Below are positions 8,958 through 18,331 of a stretch of DNA of 30,597 nt, piece by piece. A program made the position numbers and the translations under genes. Where the stretch lies: the sequence record DRR378314_578, one strand, 5' to 3'. Position 1 is the first letter of the stretch; every line of letters begins with the position of its first letter. The notes below the pieces were generated by a model. That model was not told where the DNA came from. It was given only the letters and a program-made list of their open reading frames with translations, and did not search any database.

Positions 8958-10262
8958 ATGAAAATGAAACATATTACACTAAGCATTTTGATAATTTCCG
9001 GCCTCTTCACCAAAGCAGTTTTGGCCCAAGAGAATATTGAAATTGATAAAAAATATACCAAAGAAGTCGAGCGCTTGGTCAAGAAGAAACAGGTCAAGGA
9101 AGCCTTTGGCCATATCAAAGCTCAAATGGACCAAACCACGGAGGACCTCATTACATTAACCGAAATATTGGCCCCTCCTTTCATGGAAGATGAAAGAGGT
9201 AAGGTATTTGCCAAAATGTTAGAAGATGCTGGCGTGGATAGTCTTTGGACAGACCAAGTCGGGAATGTAATCGGGTTGAGAAAGGGAACCTCTGGCGAAT
9301 CGGGCTATGTAGGTGTGGATGCCCATTTGGATGTCGTTTTCCCCGAAGGAACCAATGTAACTGTAAAAAAAGTGGGAGATACTTTAAAAGCTCCAGGTAT
9401 CGGTGATGACACCCGAGGGCTTGCCATGTTAATCAGTATGCTCAAGGCTATGAACAAAGCAGATATTAAAACTGAGAAAGACTTATTAATTGTGGGCACA
9501 GTGGGCGAAGAAGGTTTGGGCGACCTGCGCGGTATGAAATATATGTTCAACGAATCTGGATTGGATATCGAATCTTGGATTGCCATTGACGGAGGCAGTC
9601 TGGGGAGAATCAGCAATGCCGGATTGGGATCCAAACGCTATAAATTGATAGTTAAAGGCCAAGGCGGCCATTCCTGGGGTGCTTTTGGATTGGCCAATCC
9701 ACATCATGCCTTGGGAAAAGCCATAGACATCTTTTCTGAAGCGGCATGGGATTATACCTCTGGAAACACTCCAAAAACAAGCTTTAATGTCGGTAGAATT
9801 GGAGGTGGAACTTCGGTTAACTCTATTCCATTCGAATCTTGGATGGAAGTGGATATGCGTGCCATCGATCCAAAAAATCTTGACGAAATCGAAATCATTT
9901 TCAAAGAATCCGTGGAAAAAGCCATTTCTGAGTACAATGCCAGTGGTGTACGTGGGGAGGTAACCTACGAACTCATTAAAATTGGGGATAGGCCATCAGG
10001 AGAATTACCTGCTTCCCTCCCCTTGATCCAGAGAACTATGGCAGCTACCAAACTTTTTGGTGAGACACCGGAATTAGGACGAGGGTCAACCAACATCAAC
10101 ATACCTGTTTCCAAAGGAATACCAGCGGTATGTATCGGTCGTGGCGGTCAAGGTGGCGGAGCGCATTCTTTGCACGAATGGTATCTGAACGATGAAGAAA
10201 GTGATGAATCCATTCAATTGGCCTTGTTGATTGCATTGTCACAAGCAGGTCTAGCCAAATAA
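8958..10262 (+). CDS. Exported M20/M25/M40 family metallopeptidase/amidohydrolase
   Basis: Signal peptide ending AVLA-Q. Metal and catalytic motifs DAHLDVVF, PGIGDD, GEEGLGDL, AIDG, GGHSW, GGTSVNSIP and AHSLHE. Confidence 0.87.
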   Translation: MKMKHITLSILIISGLFTKAVLAQENIEIDKKYTKEVERLVKKKQVKEAFGHIKAQMDQTTEDLITLTEILAPPFMEDERGKVFAKMLEDAGVDSLWTDQVGNVIGLRKGTSGESGYVGVDAHLDVVFPEGTNVTVKKVGDTLKAPGIGDDTRGLAMLISMLKAMNKADIKTEKDLLIVGTVGEEGLGDLRGMKYMFNESGLDIESWIAIDGGSLGRISNAGLGSKRYKLIVKGQGGHSWGAFGLANPHHALGKAIDIFSEAAWDYTSGNTPKTSFNVGRIGGGTSVNSIPFESWMEVDMRAIDPKNLDEIEIIFKESVEKAISEYNASGVRGEVTYELIKIGDRPSGELPASLPLIQRTMAATKLFGETPELGRGSTNINIPVSKGIPAVCIGRGGQGGGAHSLHEWYLNDEESDESIQLALLIALSQAGLAK

Positions 10263-10269
10263 GGGAATC

Positions 10270-11892
10270 ATGAAGTTGCTCCCAAAACTACTTTTAGGGC
10301 TGGCCCTTGTTATTTGCACTTCGGTAAGCGCTCAACTAAGTGAAGAGCAATTGGCCAACATAGATAGTTTGTTCTTGCAATGGAACAAGCCCAATCATCC
10401 CGGTGGAGCCATTGCCATAATGCAAGGCAATGATTTGGTTTTTTCCAAAGCGTACGGTTTGGCCAGTATGGAATATTTAGTCCCAAACACTATCGGGACT
10501 AGATTCAATGTAGCTTCCGTATCCAAGCAATTCAGTGCATTGGGCATTGTAAAGCTGCACTTGGCAGGTAAACTTTCCATAGATGAAACGGTAGACAACT
10601 ATATTGATGGTCTTGCGACTTTTGGGAGTGAGATTACCATCAGGCATATACTTCATCACACGAGTGGATTACGAAGTCTTCATGCCCTTTTTGGATTAGC
10701 TGGTTGGCGCGGTGATGATGCAAGGACCAATGCAGACCTGGATAGAATCATTGCTAAGCAAAGTGAACTCAACTTTGAACCTGGTTCGGAATATATGTAC
10801 TGCAACACGGGCTACATGTTCTTGGCCAACATCATTGAAGAAGTCACGGGCATATCCTTTGTGGATTATATGAAAGAAGAAGTTTTCATTCCTCTAGGGA
10901 TGAACGACACCTATGTTGAGCCTGATTACGACGGCATTGTTCCAAACAACGCGACTTCGTACAACCAAACATCGGATGGCTTTGTCCGGTCTGTGGAATA
11001 TTGGGGCTATGTCGGGTCTGGAAACATGCACACCACAACAGATGACCTGCTCAAATATTTGAAAAATTATTATGATCCATTACCTGGGTGGAAAGCTGCA
11101 TTCGATACCATGCAGACCCTTGACCCACTCAATGATGGTAGCTTTAATAAATATGCCTTTGGGGTTAATGTTGATAAGCTGTTTGGTAAAAAACGAGTAA
11201 GCCATGGCGGTTCCATTGGTGGCTTTAGGGCCAATGTTGCTGTTTTTCCAAACGAAAAGACCAGCATTGCCATTATTACTAACTTTTCAAGTTCAGGAGC
11301 TGGAAGAAAATCCAATCAAATTGCAGAAATCCTTTTTGAAGAGACTACATCAAACAAAGATTTGAAAGTGGCAAAGGTTTCCAAGAAGAAGATGGATTCC
11401 TATACAGGTATGTATTGGGATGATGAAACCTATTCCCAACGGATGTTAACCACTGGCGGAGATACGCTATACATCGGTAGAAATCCTTTTTTGCCTGTGC
11501 AGGATGATGAGTTTGTTGCCGTTCAATCTGGAAATGACACTAGAATCCAGTTTGAAAACGGAACCATGACCATTTATCCTGAAAGTGGGAAGCCCATGGT
11601 ATTTTCAAAATTCGAGGAAGAAGAATTGACCAAAGCCTTGGCCCAGGAATATATTGGCTCTTATTTTAGCCCCGAAATTGAAACGGCTTACTCCATTCAT
11701 TATGAAGAGGGTGAGTTCTACGCCCATCATATTCGGCATGGAAAAATACCATTGAAGCTAAAAAAGAAAGATCTTCTGGAGGGAAAACACCCTTTGTCAT
11801 ACATAAAATTCAAAAGAGAAAATGGAAAAACCAAAGGGATATGGATATCCAACGGCAGGGTCCGTAACCTTTGGTTTATCAAAACTGAATAA
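10270..11892 (+). CDS. Exported serine hydrolase, beta-lactamase/S12 fold, D-aminopeptidase-like with C-terminal extension
   Basis: Signal peptide ending SVSA-Q. SxxK in ASVSKQF, ILHHTSGL, YCN, HGG triad. About 180 aa of C-terminal beta-rich domains (YTGMYW..., YIGSYFSPEIET). Confidence 0.82.
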   Translation: MKLLPKLLLGLALVICTSVSAQLSEEQLANIDSLFLQWNKPNHPGGAIAIMQGNDLVFSKAYGLASMEYLVPNTIGTRFNVASVSKQFSALGIVKLHLAGKLSIDETVDNYIDGLATFGSEITIRHILHHTSGLRSLHALFGLAGWRGDDARTNADLDRIIAKQSELNFEPGSEYMYCNTGYMFLANIIEEVTGISFVDYMKEEVFIPLGMNDTYVEPDYDGIVPNNATSYNQTSDGFVRSVEYWGYVGSGNMHTTTDDLLKYLKNYYDPLPGWKAAFDTMQTLDPLNDGSFNKYAFGVNVDKLFGKKRVSHGGSIGGFRANVAVFPNEKTSIAIITNFSSSGAGRKSNQIAEILFEETTSNKDLKVAKVSKKKMDSYTGMYWDDETYSQRMLTTGGDTLYIGRNPFLPVQDDEFVAVQSGNDTRIQFENGTMTIYPESGKPMVFSKFEEEELTKALAQEYIGSYFSPEIETAYSIHYEEGEFYAHHIRHGKIPLKLKKKDLLEGKHPLSYIKFKRENGKTKGIWISNGRVRNLWFIKTE

Positions 11893-11907
11893 CAAAAACC
11901 GACCAAT

Positions 11908-12966
11908 ATGAGAGCAATTTTTATCTTTTTACTGTTTTGCACCCTAAGCTTGGGAGCACAAACATTCCCAGATAGAGTCTGGCATTCAGCAACGGAAGAA
12001 GAAGCACAGCCATGGCAGAACGATAAATCCCAAGCTTTTAGGGAATATTTGATCGACAGTACGAAAATTACAGGATTGATGATTGTGCATAAGGGAAAGG
12101 TGGTGTTCGGTTTTGGTGACTTGGAAGAACTGAGTTACGTAGCTTCTTGCCGAAAAAGTGTGTTGTCGATGTTGTACGGTCAATATGTGGAGAATGGTAC
12201 TATCGATTTGAGCAAAACCATCAAAGAATTGGGGATTACCGATGTGGAAGGCATTCTCCCCATAGAAGAAAAGGCTACGGTCAAAGACATTATTTCTGCT
12301 AGATCTGGAGTCTACCATCCGGAAGGATACCCTGGAGGTATGCAGGAATATGCGCCTGAACGAGGCTCGGTGGAACCAGGCTCCCATTGGTTGTACAGTA
12401 ATTGGGATTTTAATGTTGCGGGCTACATATTTGAACAGGAAACTGGCACAAATATCTACGACGAAGTAGAACGCCAATTGGCCAATCCATTACATATGCA
12501 GGACTGGGACCGCTCCGTTCAACACAAACAGGGGAACACTTCCATTTCCAAATATTTAGCCTATCCCATGTGGTTTTCTACAAGAGATATGGCCCGTTTG
12601 GGATTATTGATGCTAAACAAAGGTAAATGGAAAGATACACAAGTAATAAGTAATGCTTGGGTGGATGAAATGCTCAAAACAAGAACCAGCCATGAAGAGT
12701 TAAACCAAAATGTTCCCGTATTTCAAGGTAGCGGTGTTAATTATGGGTATGGCTATATGTGGTGGTTATGGCAAAATGTTGATGACAAACGTTTTGAAGG
12801 GGCTTATTCCGCCAAGGGAGCCATGGGGCAAAACATTACCGTATACCCTGCTATTGAAACAGTTTTGGCCTTTAAGACCAAAGCCGCATATCGAAGAGCC
12901 AATGCATCCCAGATCAGGATCAATGTTGCCAAAAAGGCTGCTGAAATCTTCGATATGCAGCAATAA
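11908..12966 (+). CDS. Exported serine hydrolase, beta-lactamase class C / NylB (6-aminohexanoate-dimer hydrolase)-like
   Basis: Signal peptide ending SLGA-Q. SxxK in ASCRKS, YSNWDFN, STRDMARLGLL, YGYMWW, AKGAMGQ. Confidence 0.82.
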   Translation: MRAIFIFLLFCTLSLGAQTFPDRVWHSATEEEAQPWQNDKSQAFREYLIDSTKITGLMIVHKGKVVFGFGDLEELSYVASCRKSVLSMLYGQYVENGTIDLSKTIKELGITDVEGILPIEEKATVKDIISARSGVYHPEGYPGGMQEYAPERGSVEPGSHWLYSNWDFNVAGYIFEQETGTNIYDEVERQLANPLHMQDWDRSVQHKQGNTSISKYLAYPMWFSTRDMARLGLLMLNKGKWKDTQVISNAWVDEMLKTRTSHEELNQNVPVFQGSGVNYGYGYMWWLWQNVDDKRFEGAYSAKGAMGQNITVYPAIETVLAFKTKAAYRRANASQIRINVAKKAAEIFDMQQ

Positions 12967-12986
12967 TTTTATTAATAGAAAGGGAA

Positions 12987-15900
12987 TTAATTGGTTTTGG
13001 TGAATACCAAGACCTTACCCCTATTCTGAGTTACCACAATATAAGGGTTACCGCCATTGGCCCTTTCCACTTGTACCATATCTTTTGCATCTCCGGTGAC
13101 CTTAAATCCGCTTTCCTCTGCATTTTTGAATGTAAATCCGCCATTGTTATCCCCGAGTAGAACGCCACCATTAAATGCGTCATATCTTCCGATAAAGGCT
13201 TCATTGCCGAAGTCGTTTCCAATCATCAACACATCAGTAGCGGTATTACCGGCCGCTTGGGTGGTAATCATACATTTTATGGGTGCTAATTGTGTTTGCC
13301 ATGGAAGTTGGCCCATCTTGAACTGTCCGTTTCCATCATTCTCAAAATAGGTGGTTTGATCGTGATTGGCCATTAATTCATCGGCATTTTCCAGTTCTTC
13401 GGGGGTAAAAAGACCACTTTTAGTGGTAGTGGCATACTCTCTAAAGTAATTAAACTTTTTACGGAACATAGGGCTTTGCCCCATAAGGTCTCCCCAAAAG
13501 CTGACCGGGTAGGGCTTAAAGGTGGAATCTTCAAAATCACTTTTAAAATAAGCAAACAATACCGGGTCAATTGCTCCGTTGTTGTCAAAATCCTTGGCCA
13601 ACATAGTAACGGGTCTTTCCGGTGAAGGATTGTACAGGTTGTTCTTCCCCAAATTTCCAGCAATTAGATCCACATCGCCATCGCCATCAAAATCTTTCGC
13701 GAGAACGCATTCCCACCAACCGGATAATTGCTGCATACCTGTTTGGTCCAACTGCTGAAAGGAATCTTTCTTGTTCATAAAAATGGTAACGGGCATAAAC
13801 TCGCCGACCAAAACAAGGTCCTTCAAATTATCCTGATCCAAATCGGCCCATATGGCATCGGTGATCATTCCCGGGTTTCGCAACGCTTTGCTATACATAT
13901 CGGTCACATCCACCAGTGTGCCGTTTTCGTTTTTCAACAAATAGCAATCATCTGGTTTGGGATATTGGGAAAACGGGGTGCGGCCACCAACGAAAAGATC
14001 CACAAAACCGTCACCATCAAAGTCTTCTGCTGTCACAACTGATCCACTTGAGTTTATGCTTGGCAACTCATCCATTGCCCTCACGAATTTTCCGTTGCCC
14101 TGATTGATCATCAGGTAATCTTGATAGTAGGGCGAATCCAAATCGAATTCATTACTGCCTGCAACCATATAGATATCCAGGTCCCCGTCATTTTCCAAAT
14201 CAAAAAGTGAGATACTGGTCTCTTCCCGCATTTTATTGTCTTCATCATCGAACAAGGGAGTACCGGTAAATGAACCTTTCGCGTCTTGCATAAAGATCAT
14301 TGGAGAATGACCAGAAGAGCTTCCTATGATAAAATCCTCAAATCCATCACCGTTTAAATCCCCTTTTGCAATGCGGGGACCATTTTGGGTCAGTTTGTGG
14401 GGCAAGGTAGGTTGCACATAAAAATCGGCCTTATCGGTTTCCTCGTGGACATAATTAACGCCAACCTCCTTTGATATTTCCTGATATAGGGGGTTGGATT
14501 GTTTTGGTGCCAACGGAAATGCCAATTGTTTACCATTTAAGGCTGATGCATCACCATGATTGATTTTTAATGTTTGATTCGTTGGTACATCCGTTAACTT
14601 TTGGAATTTCCCGTCCGGCCATACTATTTCGAGGGATGCAATTGATTTTTTTGGTCCCAAACCAAAATGGGCCATTCCCTCCACCGTAGATAAATAACCC
14701 CTGTTCAACTGATGTTCGTAATATTGAAAGGTACCGTCCTTAAACCGTATGGCCACCTTGGTGCCCAAAGCCGCCTGATTGTTTGTTGGCCCTTTTAAGT
14801 CCAGTTTGATAAAATTCCTGTCTTTTTGGTTCTCAACGTCCAGATTATTCTTAAAGACGAATGCCTCGTCGTTAATGTTGTTCACCACATAATCCAAATC
14901 TCCATCACCGTCCAAATCGGCAAAAGCAGCTCCGTTGGAAAAAGATGGGATGCTCAGCCCCCATTCCTCACCAACATCCTTGAACTGGCCGTTGCCTTCA
15001 TTTCGGTAGGCGTAATTTGGTATTTTCACCACTGGAATAGAGTCCAATATTTGAGATGGGGTAAGATATTTTTGAACATTAAAGTTGAATTCACCAAAAT
15101 CGAGGTCGGTAATATCCCTTGGAAAACCATTGGTGATCAAAATATCCCTGCGACCATCATTATCTGCGTCCACAAAAAGTGGTGACCAGCTCCAATCGGT
15201 TTTGGCTATTCCGGCCATAAGACCGATTTCACTGTACGGCATATCGGGACCTTGGCCCATTTGAAGCATATTACGCATATATTGATAATCGTACCCATAC
15301 TTTTCATTCATATAATAATCATTGTACTTGGTTACTTTGATGGTGGTTTTTAGCCTGTAGTTGGTTTCCCCGAGCATGTCCAAGGTAAGAATATCAAGGT
15401 AGCCATCGTTATTAAAGTCCGCTATATCGGAACCCATGGAAAATTTACTTTGATGCTTTACAAAGTCACTGATCTTATCGGTAAATGTCCCATCCCCGTT
15501 ATTGATATACATGATATCGTTGCTCAAGTAATCATTGCTCACATAAATATCGGGCCAACCATCGTAATCCAAATCGGAAATGGCCACGCCAAGGCCATAC
15601 CCCTCAATGGTAATACCCGCTTCTATGGTTACATCGGTAAAGGTATTGTCTCCATTATTTCGGTATAAACGGTCATTGCTCTTGGATGATCCATCCGTAA
15701 TTTTTTCCCTATAATTTGCAGGTAGAATATGAATGTCCACATTGTTGAGCACGTAGAGATCCAAGAGGCCATCTTTGTTATAATCTATAAAGGCGGCATT
15801 CATGCTGTTACCGGTATCGGCAACGCCATATTCTTTGGCCATCTCTTTAAAAACAGGGACACCGTCATCATCCACGCCTTGGTTTATATATAACATATTG

Positions 15901-16325
15901 GCCTTTTCTTCAGGGCTTTCGTACATAGCGGCACATATGTAGATATCCAAAAGTGAATCGTTGTTTATATCGATTACCGCTACACCAGTCTTCCATTTAT
16001 CCGTTGCTTCCACACCGGATGCTTTGGTAACATCCTTAAATTTAAAATCACCTTGATTTAGATATAGTTTATTGGTTACCTGATTCCCCGTGAAGAAAAG
16101 ATCGGGTTTATCATCGTTGTTAAAATCCCCAACGGCGACTCCTCCCCCGTTAAAAATATACTCGCTGGTAAGAATGTTGAAACTGTCGGTCTCAACGATT
16201 TTATTGTTGAAGGTAATACCGGAATGATCGGATGAAACCTTGGTGAAGAGCGTGTCCTCCTTTTTCTTGGAACAAGAAACCACCAGTAGTGAAGCTAGTG
16301 CAATTAAAATATACCTTTTAGTCAC
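12987..16325 (-). CDS. FG-GAP/VCBS repeat lipoprotein with central ASPIC/UnbV domain (CRTAC1-like)
   Basis: GTG start, lipobox VVSC. About 13 DxDxDGxxD-type repeats (e.g. GDFNNDDKPDL, ADFNNDGYLDI, ADLDGDGDLDY, GDLNGDGFEDF, KDFDGDGDVDL). ASPIC/UnbV-like segment RGYLS...AHFGLG...IVWPDG lies between the two repeat clusters. Confidence 0.88.
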   Translation of the reverse strand: MTKRYILIALASLLVVSCSKKKEDTLFTKVSSDHSGITFNNKIVETDSFNILTSEYIFNGGGVAVGDFNNDDKPDLFFTGNQVTNKLYLNQGDFKFKDVTKASGVEATDKWKTGVAVIDINNDSLLDIYICAAMYESPEEKANMLYINQGVDDDGVPVFKEMAKEYGVADTGNSMNAAFIDYNKDGLLDLYVLNNVDIHILPANYREKITDGSSKSNDRLYRNNGDNTFTDVTIEAGITIEGYGLGVAISDLDYDGWPDIYVSNDYLSNDIMYINNGDGTFTDKISDFVKHQSKFSMGSDIADFNNDGYLDILTLDMLGETNYRLKTTIKVTKYNDYYMNEKYGYDYQYMRNMLQMGQGPDMPYSEIGLMAGIAKTDWSWSPLFVDADNDGRRDILITNGFPRDITDLDFGEFNFNVQKYLTPSQILDSIPVVKIPNYAYRNEGNGQFKDVGEEWGLSIPSFSNGAAFADLDGDGDLDYVVNNINDEAFVFKNNLDVENQKDRNFIKLDLKGPTNNQAALGTKVAIRFKDGTFQYYEHQLNRGYLSTVEGMAHFGLGPKKSIASLEIVWPDGKFQKLTDVPTNQTLKINHGDASALNGKQLAFPLAPKQSNPLYQEISKEVGVNYVHEETDKADFYVQPTLPHKLTQNGPRIAKGDLNGDGFEDFIIGSSSGHSPMIFMQDAKGSFTGTPLFDDEDNKMREETSISLFDLENDGDLDIYMVAGSNEFDLDSPYYQDYLMINQGNGKFVRAMDELPSINSSGSVVTAEDFDGDGFVDLFVGGRTPFSQYPKPDDCYLLKNENGTLVDVTDMYSKALRNPGMITDAIWADLDQDNLKDLVLVGEFMPVTIFMNKKDSFQQLDQTGMQQLSGWWECVLAKDFDGDGDVDLIAGNLGKNNLYNPSPERPVTMLAKDFDNNGAIDPVLFAYFKSDFEDSTFKPYPVSFWGDLMGQSPMFRKKFNYFREYATTTKSGLFTPEELENADELMANHDQTTYFENDGNGQFKMGQLPWQTQLAPIKCMITTQAAGNTATDVLMIGNDFGNEAFIGRYDAFNGGVLLGDNNGGFTFKNAEESGFKVTGDAKDMVQVERANGGNPYIVVTQNRGKVLVFTKTN

Positions 16326-16549
16326 AGTGCTGAAGTTTTTTTATGGGTTAGCCAAAATTATTTGATTAGGTGCAATTGGTTGTAAATTGTAAGACCACCG
16401 TTTGTGCTCGGGAAATTAAGTCATTTTTAAAACTGACGCACGGTGTCACATATTAAATTTACAAATTCGAATACTGTTGTGGAACGAATTACGATTAATG
16501 TTCGATTAAGAACGATTAATTTTTAATTAATAGGAAGTATCCATAATTA

Positions 16550-16583
16550 AAATAGGTTGCCAAAATGAATTGACAACCTATTT
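16550..16583 (-). terminator. Intrinsic terminator downstream of susD
   Basis: Inverted repeat AAATAGGTTGCCAA / TTGACAACCTATTT (14 bp). Its single mismatch is a G-U pair on the minus-strand RNA. It has a 6-nt loop, runs into a U-rich tail on the minus strand and lies about 40 nt after the susD stop. Confidence 0.8.
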
Positions 16584-16623
16584 ACTTGAATTAAATTAAA
16601 CTAACTCAGACTACTCATTATTA

Positions 16624-18327
16624 TTAGTACCCTGGATTCTGTGTCAACACTCCACCGCTCTGGTCGATTGCGTTCACAGGAATCGGGAATAAATCATGTC
16701 TTGGTTCATAGGACCTAAATTTGGTTCCATAACTAGCTTGATCAAAATCATCTGCTTCATTCTGGATATAGGTATTGATGGTTTGCTGAGCATTGCCCCA
16801 TCTTCTCAAATCGAACAATCTATGTCCTTCCATACCAAATTCCAAACGACGCTCAAAACGGATAGCTTGTCGTGCAAAATCCTGACTTGCAAAAGAAGCA
16901 TAAGGCTCAATTTGATAGTTGGCAGCATCTCCAGTTCCATCCACAGTTTGAACATAGTTCATATTTTTGGCCCTGTTTCGTACACGATTTACATATTCCA
17001 ATGCCAAAGGTAAATTTGGACTGGATTGTTCAACAGCAGCTTCAGCAGCCATCAACAATACATCTGCAAAACGCATTACGTTATAGTTGATACCGGACCA
17101 GTCCGATCCCCAACCACCTGTACCGCGTTGGGCATCCACCTCGTCCGCTTGATAAAAATTCTTTTTAGGCAAATAAGGTCCTGAAATATCACCAAAGGTT
17201 GCTCTAATCCACTCTTTTCCTGGGTTTAGACCAAAACCATTATAATCAATACCTCTTCGACCAATGGTATAATCAATACGTGGATCCAATGGTCCTGTAT
17301 GAGGGGTAAAAGGTTCATCACTATTGATTCCATAATCATTGGTTACATCAGTTGCAGCGTAGGAATCCAATAATGGCAATCCGGAACCGTCTGTCTGATA
17401 AGCATTGGCCAAATCTTGTGTTGGCTGATAAAACCCGCAGCAAGTACCCAATGGACCACCCCCTGGGAAGTTCAACGTACCTGTACCATTACCATTAAAA
17501 GAGCGTCCATCATCAGCAGCGAACTGAATGGCAAACATAGATTCAGGACCGTTTTCACCAGCAAGGTTAAAGTTGTCCACGAATTGCTCATTTAAAGAAT
17601 ATGGTCCATTATTGATCACATCGTTGAGCAATGGCAAGGCTTGGTCATATTTTCCTTGGTACAAATAAACTTTGCCCAAAAAGGCTTTTGCCACCCAAGC
17701 ATTGGCTCTACCTACGATAATATCGTCGCCCAGCGCATCAGCAGCAGCTTGAAAATCAGCTTCAATCTCTGCCCATATTGGACCTGGGTTTGGTTGATTG
17801 AACTCTGTATTCACTAAATTCTCCACAGAAAGAAAGGGTGGATTACCATAATGTTTCTGAAGCTCAAAATTGTAATAACCTCTAAGGAATAATGCTTCTC
17901 CTTCTTGTTGGGTAAAGTCCCCTTCCTCAATTTGACTGATCAGGTCCAATACGGCATTACAGCGATTTACACCAGCATAAAGTCCGCTCCATCTTCCCAG
18001 GAACCAACTGTTACCAGTTTGCCAGTCCAAGGTTTCTATCTGGAATAGTTCCGTGTTATCTCCATCGGTACTTCCCCTGTGGGCATCATCCGATACCACA
18101 TCCGTCCACCAGTTGTCTCCGCCACGAGAAACAGCTTCTCCCTGCGCATTAATACGTTCTCCGTCCATAGCGGAATAAGCCGCGGTCAACTTTAGGTCAA
18201 CGCCCAAAGCATTTTGAAGCGCTGCATCCGAGAGCGCACCAGTGGCCGGCTTTTCCGTGAAATCTTCACTACAGGCCCATAGCAATAGACCTGCCAGCAT
18301 TGTTGTAAATAATAACTTCTTTTTCAT
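16624..18327 (-). CDS. susD: RagB/SusD family outer-membrane nutrient-binding lipoprotein
   Basis: Lipobox LWAC. SusD motifs GEALFLRGYYNF, AKAFLGKVYL, MRFADVLLMAAEA, ERRLEFGMEGHRLFDLRRWG, terminal QNPGY. Lies 4 nt downstream of susC. Confidence 0.95.
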   Translation of the reverse strand: MKKKLLFTTMLAGLLLWACSEDFTEKPATGALSDAALQNALGVDLKLTAAYSAMDGERINAQGEAVSRGGDNWWTDVVSDDAHRGSTDGDNTELFQIETLDWQTGNSWFLGRWSGLYAGVNRCNAVLDLISQIEEGDFTQQEGEALFLRGYYNFELQKHYGNPPFLSVENLVNTEFNQPNPGPIWAEIEADFQAAADALGDDIIVGRANAWVAKAFLGKVYLYQGKYDQALPLLNDVINNGPYSLNEQFVDNFNLAGENGPESMFAIQFAADDGRSFNGNGTGTLNFPGGGPLGTCCGFYQPTQDLANAYQTDGSGLPLLDSYAATDVTNDYGINSDEPFTPHTGPLDPRIDYTIGRRGIDYNGFGLNPGKEWIRATFGDISGPYLPKKNFYQADEVDAQRGTGGWGSDWSGINYNVMRFADVLLMAAEAAVEQSSPNLPLALEYVNRVRNRAKNMNYVQTVDGTGDAANYQIEPYASFASQDFARQAIRFERRLEFGMEGHRLFDLRRWGNAQQTINTYIQNEADDFDQASYGTKFRSYEPRHDLFPIPVNAIDQSGGVLTQNPGY

Positions 18328-18331
18328 TTTT

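Noticed and set aside
11986-12477. 163-aa antisense ORF, and similar shadow ORFs at 1679-2092, 19472-19894, 23911-24405 and 25769-26242
   Set aside because: They lie entirely opposite well-supported genes and have no recognisable motifs, as expected for antisense open frames.
10270-12966. True beta-lactamase resistance genes
   Set aside because: Only the generic SxxK/YxN fold motifs are present. The third motif is HGG or AKG rather than KTG, and the context suggests peptidases or amidases.
16434-16448. Imperfect palindrome TGACGCACGGTGTCA upstream of the FG-GAP gene
   Set aside because: Only 4-bp perfect arms and no clear second copy, so it is indistinguishable from chance.
16485-16519. CRISPR array or iteron-type origin interpretation of the short repeats
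   Set aside because: The units are only 7 bp with 3-4 nt gaps, and no cas or rep gene is present. Kept only as a possible regulatory site.
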